DNA of 64,000 bases from assembly GCA_964655705.1 (NCBI GenBank), contig CAZZPP010000005.1, positions 10,035 to 74,034 of the forward strand. Reading direction: 5' to 3'. The stretch's first letter is position 1. The number at the start of each line of letters is the position of its first letter. The notes under the pieces were generated by a model. That model made no database searches. It was not told where the DNA came from and saw only the letters and a list, made by a program, of their open reading frames with translations. This document shows, one piece after another, positions 58,957 through 64,000 of this stretch. The stretch comes from an uncultured Candidatus Saccharibacteria bacterium (lineage in GTDB: Bacteria; Patescibacteriota; Dojkabacteria; SC72). The position numbers and the translations under genes were made by a program.

Positions 58957-59799
58957 ATGGAATTTATCAATGGAGAAAAATATCTGTGTATGTTAGCGCC
59001 ATCATTTGTATCTATGTATGAATATCCAGATATTGTATACAGACTTAGGGCATTAGGATTTCAAAAGGTAGTTGAGGTTACATTTGGTGCAAAGATGACA
59101 AATAGTAATTACTACGAATTGCTCAAGGAGAGAAAAGATGAAAGAACATGGATTGCCTCTCCTTGCCCTACTCTAGTAAATTTAGTTAGAACAAAATATC
59201 CACACCTTGTTCCTAATCTAGTACCAGTACACTCTCCAATGGGTAGTATGGCGCTAATATGTAGGAAACATTTTCCAGGATACAAGATTGTATTTGTTGG
59301 ACCATGTATTACAAAAAAATTAGAAGCTAAAGAGTTGGGGAGTATAGATGAGGTCTTAACTTTTAAAGAACTTAATGATCTTTTTGTTAGATATAATATC
59401 CCTGAAAAGATTGGAGATCCAAAATACTGTATTACATTTGACAAATTGTATAACGACTATACCAAGGTATATCCCCTCTCAGGAGGTCTCTCTCAGACAC
59501 TTCAATATGGTGATATATTAAGAAAGAGGGATATACTGGTTACTGATGGAATTAAGAATATTTTAAAGGTACTTGATGGATTTAAGGAAGGTAAATACAA
59601 AGATTACAAATTCCTAGATATTCTTTCCTGTGAGGGAGGTTGTGTAAATGGTCCATGTATGGACTACCAATATTCACTGAAGGAAAGAATAAGGAGGGTA
59701 AAGAAATATAAGGAGTATGCAACTAGGTATGAGAAGGATTTGGGTAGAACAGGTAAGAAGATTGATGCTGATGGTATTAGTTTTAAGAGAGAGTTTTAA
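58957..59799 (+). CDS. [FeFe]-hydrogenase H-domain-like protein (minimal, no ferredoxin domain; Nar1/HydS-like)
   Basis: 280 aa; MLAPSFV (APAVR-like), GFQKVVEVTFGAKMT (FGADMT-like), WIASPCPTLV (TSCCPGW-like, first Cys replaced by Pro), VGPCITKKLEA (MPCxxKxxE), SGGLSQ, ILSCEGGCVNGP (MACHGGCVNGG-like). Confidence 0.65.
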   Translation: MEFINGEKYLCMLAPSFVSMYEYPDIVYRLRALGFQKVVEVTFGAKMTNSNYYELLKERKDERTWIASPCPTLVNLVRTKYPHLVPNLVPVHSPMGSMALICRKHFPGYKIVFVGPCITKKLEAKELGSIDEVLTFKELNDLFVRYNIPEKIGDPKYCITFDKLYNDYTKVYPLSGGLSQTLQYGDILRKRDILVTDGIKNILKVLDGFKEGKYKDYKFLDILSCEGGCVNGPCMDYQYSLKERIRRVKKYKEYATRYEKDLGRTGKKIDADGISFKREF

Positions 59800-59816
59800 T
59801 TTCTTAATGTTTAAAC

Positions 59817-60257
59817 ATGAATGAATATATGGGTATTGCTATTAAAGAAGCTAAAAAGGGTATGAAGAAAGGCCATGGGGGACCCTTTGGGGCCGTAATT
59901 GTTAAAAATGGTCAAGTTATTGCTAGTAGTCATAATACTGTTTTAAAGGAGCATGACTCAACTACTCATGCTGAGATGAATGCTATTCGAATTGCGTGTA
60001 AGAAATTAAAAAGTTTTGATCTATCTGAATGTGAAATGTATACAACTGGTCAGCCATGCAAAATGTGTATGGGTGCAATTAATTGGTCTAAGATTAAAAC
60101 AGTCTTTTACGGTAATACATATAGAGATGCTCTTAATATGGGTTTTGATGATGAGAAAGGTAATAACAGAGATTTAAAGATGATTAGGTTGGATAGTGAA
60201 CATACTGTTAAATTAGTTGATGAATGGAATAATTCTGGCAAGAAAGAAATATATTAA
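59817..60257 (+). CDS. CMP/dCMP-type zinc deaminase (TadA/guanine-deaminase-like nucleoside deaminase)
   Basis: 146 aa; HAEMNAI and PCKMCMGAI zinc-binding motifs. Confidence 0.75.
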   Translation: MNEYMGIAIKEAKKGMKKGHGGPFGAVIVKNGQVIASSHNTVLKEHDSTTHAEMNAIRIACKKLKSFDLSECEMYTTGQPCKMCMGAINWSKIKTVFYGNTYRDALNMGFDDEKGNNRDLKMIRLDSEHTVKLVDEWNNSGKKEIY

Positions 60258-60318
60258 TATGTTTGACTTTTTTTTGTTTAAAATATACCCTATTCAATAA
60301 CCTAAATATCTTACATAC

Positions 60319-61986
60319 ATGTGCAAGTACATATTTGTTTCTGGTGGAGTAATTTCTGGAATTGGGAAGGGTATTTCTGCTTCTTCAATTGCTTTCATTC
60401 TTAAGTCCTATGGTTTTAAAATAACCATGATTAAAGCTGATCCTTACCTTAATGTTGATGCTGGAACAATGAACCCATTAGAGCATGGAGAAACTTTTGT
60501 CTTAGAGGATGGTTTTGAAACAGATATGGATATTGGTAGCTATGAGAGATTTGTTAATGAGTCATTCTCAAGACCTAACTCTATGACCTGTGGAGCTGTA
60601 TTAGAAAAAGTTATTAAAGATGAAAGATCCCTTTCATATGATGGTAAATGGGTGAGTCTAGACTATCATGTCCCTGACGAAATTATTAACTGGATTAAGA
60701 GTGTAACTAATGAATCTAAAGCAGATATAGCAATTATTGAGATTGGTGGTACAGTAGGAGAGATTGGTAATGCTCTTTTTTTGGAGGCAAACAAGGTTAT
60801 GAAAATACAAGACCCAGATGATGTGATACATATTCATGTCTCGTATCTTCCTGTTCCTGGTACATTAGGAGAAATGAAGAGTAAGCCTGTACAGATTTCT
60901 ACTCTTCTTTTAAATAGCCATGGTATTCATCCTGATTTTTTGATTGCTAGATCTAGGACAGGTATAGATGATGTTAGAAAGGAGAAACTCTCTAGGTACT
61001 GCTTTGTAAAAAAAGATTACATTATTTCTGCTCCTGATACCTCTTGTATATATGATATTCCAATTAATTTTGAGAAATCAAATATTGGGAAGAATATCCT
61101 CTCAGAATTGAAACTTGTGCCTAAAAAAACCTCTCTTCTTAAAGAGTGGAAGGTTAAAACAGAGAAAATGAAAAAGATTAAGAAACAGATTCATATTGGT
61201 ATAGTGGGGAAATACTTTAAAAGTGGTAAGTTTGATTTAAAAGATTCCTACGTATCTGTATTGGAAGCAGTTAATCATGCAGCATGGGAATTAGGTTTTG
61301 ATGCAAGGATACATTGGATTGTAGCTGATGATTTAGAAAAGGACAAAGGGTTGGAGAAAGAGATTTTAAAGATGAATGGATTAATTGTACCACAAGGATG
61401 GGGTAGTAGAGGGGCAGAGGGTAAAATTAGGGCTGTACAGATTGCGAGAGAGAACAAAATTCCGTATTTAGGCCTTTGTTACGGTATGCAGATGGCTGTA
61501 ATTGAGTTTGCTAGACATATTTTAAATATTAAGGATGCTAATTCTGAAGAGGTTAACCCTAAATCTAGAAATTTAGTTATACACTTAATGGAAGAGCAAA
61601 AGAAACTTCTTAAGGATGGTAAGTATGGAGGGACTATTAGGTTAGGTGCATGGCCTTGTAAGATTAAGAAGGGCTCATTGCTTGAGTCTTTGTATATTAA
61701 ATATGCTAATGAACTATTTAAAAAAATGCCTACAGTGATGGAAAGACATAGGCATAGGTATGAGTTTAATAATGAGTTTGCAAATTCCTTAGAAACATCA
61801 GGTTTAATACTTTCAGGTAAAAGCCCATATGGACAATTGGTTGAGGCTATCGAGTTAGATACAAAAGTACATCCTTTTTTTCTTGCTACTCAATATCATC
61901 CAGAGCTTAAGAGTAGGTTTCTGTCTCCTCATCCAATATTTCTTGGTTTTGTATCTGCAAGTTCAAAAAGAAAGATTGATATTTAA
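60319..61986 (+). CDS. pyrG: CTP synthase
   Basis: 555 aa; N-terminal KYIFVSGGVISGIGKGISASSIA synthase domain; C-terminal class-I glutamine amidotransferase GLCYGMQ. Confidence 0.9.
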   Translation: MCKYIFVSGGVISGIGKGISASSIAFILKSYGFKITMIKADPYLNVDAGTMNPLEHGETFVLEDGFETDMDIGSYERFVNESFSRPNSMTCGAVLEKVIKDERSLSYDGKWVSLDYHVPDEIINWIKSVTNESKADIAIIEIGGTVGEIGNALFLEANKVMKIQDPDDVIHIHVSYLPVPGTLGEMKSKPVQISTLLLNSHGIHPDFLIARSRTGIDDVRKEKLSRYCFVKKDYIISAPDTSCIYDIPINFEKSNIGKNILSELKLVPKKTSLLKEWKVKTEKMKKIKKQIHIGIVGKYFKSGKFDLKDSYVSVLEAVNHAAWELGFDARIHWIVADDLEKDKGLEKEILKMNGLIVPQGWGSRGAEGKIRAVQIARENKIPYLGLCYGMQMAVIEFARHILNIKDANSEEVNPKSRNLVIHLMEEQKKLLKDGKYGGTIRLGAWPCKIKKGSLLESLYIKYANELFKKMPTVMERHRHRYEFNNEFANSLETSGLILSGKSPYGQLVEAIELDTKVHPFFLATQYHPELKSRFLSPHPIFLGFVSASSKRKIDI

Positions 61987-62006
61987 TTTTTTAAATAGAT
62001 TTTACT

Positions 62007-62867
62007 ATGGAAGTAAAGAAAGCCATTATTACAACAGCAGGATACTCTACTAGGTTTTTACCAGCATGTAAAAGTATCCCTAAGGCTATGTTACCCATCT
62101 TGGAAGTTCCCATTATCCATGAGTTAGTAAAGGAGTGTATAGAGGGGGGTATAACGGATATCATATTGGTTACTTCCTTTGGGAATGATGCTTTGGAGGA
62201 TTACTTCGATAGTAGACCTGATTTAGAAACTCATTTAGTAAATACCAAAAAGGAGGAGAGGTACAAGAGATTTGGTGAAGTTTTTGGTAAGGCCAATGTC
62301 ATTAGTGTAAGACAAAATAGATCATTACCATACGGTAGTGGTAGTGCAATACTTGCTGCTCAACCCTGGATATCAAATGGAGAGCCTTTTGCAGTAATCT
62401 ATGGTGATGATTTGGTATTATCTGATAAGTCAGCAATTGGTCAATTAAAAGCGATCTTTGAGTCTAAGGGTGATATTGGTGGTGTTATTGCTGTGCAGAA
62501 GGTATCCAAAGAAGACATTTCTAAATATGGGAGTGTTAAGTTTAAGAATGAAAATGACGGTCTAATTGAATCCATTCTAGAAAAACCTACAGAACAAGAA
62601 GCTCCATCACTATTAGGTTCCTATGGTAGGTATATTGTTTCCTATGACATATTTAATTACCTACACACAGGAGTTCTAATTAACAATGAGTTGTATTTTT
62701 CTAAAGCAATTGATGATATGGCCAAGCAAAAGGATGTATACGCAAAGGAGATTGATGGGCAATGGCTTACTACAGGAGATCCCCTTAGTTATACAAAAGC
62801 AGTTATTAAGTATGCTATGAGAAGGGACGAGTACAGAGAAGAGATAAAAAAGATTGTTAATTCTTAA
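62007..62867 (+). CDS. galU: UTP--glucose-1-phosphate uridylyltransferase
   Basis: 286 aa; KAIITTAGYSTRFLPACKSIPKAMLPI matches GalU [26 protein letters not shown]. Confidence 0.8.
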   Translation: MEVKKAIITTAGYSTRFLPACKSIPKAMLPILEVPIIHELVKECIEGGITDIILVTSFGNDALEDYFDSRPDLETHLVNTKKEERYKRFGEVFGKANVISVRQNRSLPYGSGSAILAAQPWISNGEPFAVIYGDDLVLSDKSAIGQLKAIFESKGDIGGVIAVQKVSKEDISKYGSVKFKNENDGLIESILEKPTEQEAPSLLGSYGRYIVSYDIFNYLHTGVLINNELYFSKAIDDMAKQKDVYAKEIDGQWLTTGDPLSYTKAVIKYAMRRDEYREEIKKIVNS

Positions 62868-64000
62868 TATATATCTTTAAATCTACTGCTACTACCCTAC
62901 TCTCTGTAAGAATAATGGGGTTCATATCTATACTATATATCTGGGGATAGGTAACTAACATTCGTTGTACCTTGTCAATCATTTCAATTAGTTTAGCCTT
63001 TGCTAAAGGTGGTTTCCCCCTGTATCCATCAATGATCTTAACTACATTTGTGGAGTTTAATTTGTTAGTAATATTTTTAATACTCTCTGGTACTAATATG
63101 TGCTCAATATCTTTAAAAACTTCTGTATATATTCCACCCTGACCAATTGCAATTAGATGACCAAAACCTAGGCCTTGCTCTTGATATATATCAATACCAC
63201 CCTGTCTATTAGCACCTATGAAGAATTCTACCTTAGGTTCTATCATCTCTTGTATCAGAATCTCAGGAGATTTCTTACCAATAGCTTTCTGAATGTTATT
63301 TGAGAGGATTTCAAACTTCTCTTGTAATTCAGATATAGTCCTTATATCAAGGAATACTCCCTTAAAATCAGTTTTATGTGCTAAATCTTTAGAAGTTGCT
63401 TTAATAACTACGGGAAAATGTTTACTAGCAAAAGTAATAGCATCATTAATATTTGCAGTTATTAACTGGAATGGGAGAGAGATACCAACCTCTTTGGCAA
63501 TCTTCTGGGCAATGTCATCGGTAAGAACTGTAGGTTCATCTTTAAGTTCCTCTAGTAGAGCTTTCATATTTCTTCCCTTAGAGAGTAAATCAGAAGATTT
63601 TCTAATACTATGGGTATTCTTTGAAATCATGTAACTAGTAATCATACCTATTAACCTCATTGTATCTTCAATATTATTTGATACATACATACCATATGCT
63701 CTCAGTATCTTATTCCCATCCTCAATATCATTTCCTCCTAAAAAACATGAGAATATTGGTTTAGATGTCTTTTTTTGTATATCTACAATAATTTTTGCAA
63801 CACCAGTTATATCTGTAACAAGTTGAGGAGTAAGAATTACTACCAATGAATCTACACTAATATCTTCAAGTAATGTGTTAATTGTATATTCATATCTATC
63901 AAGAAGTGCATCCCCTAATATATCTACAGGATTATTAATATTTGATTGAATGGGAAGATAGGTTGCTAACTTCTCTTTAGTTTTCTCACCAATTTGTGCT
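62857..64000 (-). CDS. ADP-forming acetyl-CoA synthetase / NDP-forming acyl-CoA synthetase (fused alpha-beta), partial; N-terminus lies beyond window end
   Basis: ORF-track product 62857..63846 has ATP-grasp C-terminal half; own translation of minus strand 63847-64000 continues in frame without stops (AQIGEKTKEKLATYLPIQSNINNPVDILGDALLDRYEYTINTLLEDISVDSLVV...), matching the ACD CoA-ligase/flavodoxin-like domain. Confidence 0.7.
   Translation of the reverse strand, partial: AQIGEKTKEKLATYLPIQSNINNPVDILGDALLDRYEYTINTLLEDISVDSLVVILTPQLVTDITGVAKIIVDIQKKTSKPIFSCFLGGNDIEDGNKILRAYGMYVSNNIEDTMRLIGMITSYMISKNTHSIRKSSDLLSKGRNMKALLEELKDEPTVLTDDIAQKIAKEVGISLPFQLITANINDAITFASKHFPVVIKATSKDLAHKTDFKGVFLDIRTISELQEKFEILSNNIQKAIGKKSPEILIQEMIEPKVEFFIGANRQGGIDIYQEQGLGFGHLIAIGQGGIYTEVFKDIEHILVPESIKNITNKLNSTNVVKIIDGYRGKPPLAKAKLIEMIDKVQRMLVTYPQIYSIDMNPIILTESRVVAVDLKIYIKN

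Noticed and set aside
1-64000. CRISPR arrays, prophage, transposon or integron features
   Set aside because: No tandem direct repeats with spacer periodicity were seen. No integrase, transposase, recombinase, Cas, phage structural or reverse-transcriptase genes were recognised in any frame. Intergenic regions are short apart from the two RNA-bearing gaps.

Overview
This is a low-GC, gene-dense bacterial chromosomal segment with about 75 protein genes, four tRNAs and two structured RNA elements. I found no rRNA, CRISPR array, transposase or integrase.

The gene content is mostly housekeeping: a dcw-cluster fragment (murB partial, murG, ftsW), pyruvate kinase, SecG, peptide deformylase, an IscS-IscU-MnmA sulfur relay, Dcd, NagZ, Prs, UmuDC, GlmS preceded by a glmS ribozyme, PyrG, GalU and a partial ADP-forming acetyl-CoA synthetase. 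Many membrane-anchored surface or secreted proteins are present (S8 and S1 proteases, LemA-DUF2207, zinc-ribbon membrane proteins). This mix, together with an archaeal-type cytidylate-kinase-like protein, a CofE-like protein and the ACD, is most compatible with a CPR/Patescibacteria-like or other deep-branching low-GC bacterium. That assignment is inference only. The standard genetic code appears to be in use, since long ORFs of up to 643 aa are intact.

The points most worth follow-up are:
- a roughly 280-nt terminator-ended leader or ncRNA on the minus strand, immediately upstream of a DedA-family gene
- a tight six-gene operon joining a NitT/TauT-type ABC importer to Upp and a DUF523 (TudS-like thiouracil desulfurase) gene
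- an ATP-grasp ligase plus Asp/Glu-racemase pair resembling the enterococcal D-Asp ligase/racemase operon
- a minimal [FeFe]-hydrogenase H-domain-like protein that keeps the cluster-ligating cysteines but lacks the proton-relay cysteine
- a DUF1295 membrane methyltransferase-like gene interrupted by a single in-frame TGA
- three copies of an AGTATACT palindrome directly upstream of umuDC
- an island of uncharacterised genes at 22-25 kb that includes a kinase-fold-like protein

I did not find a classic defense or mobile system that I could support from the sequence.
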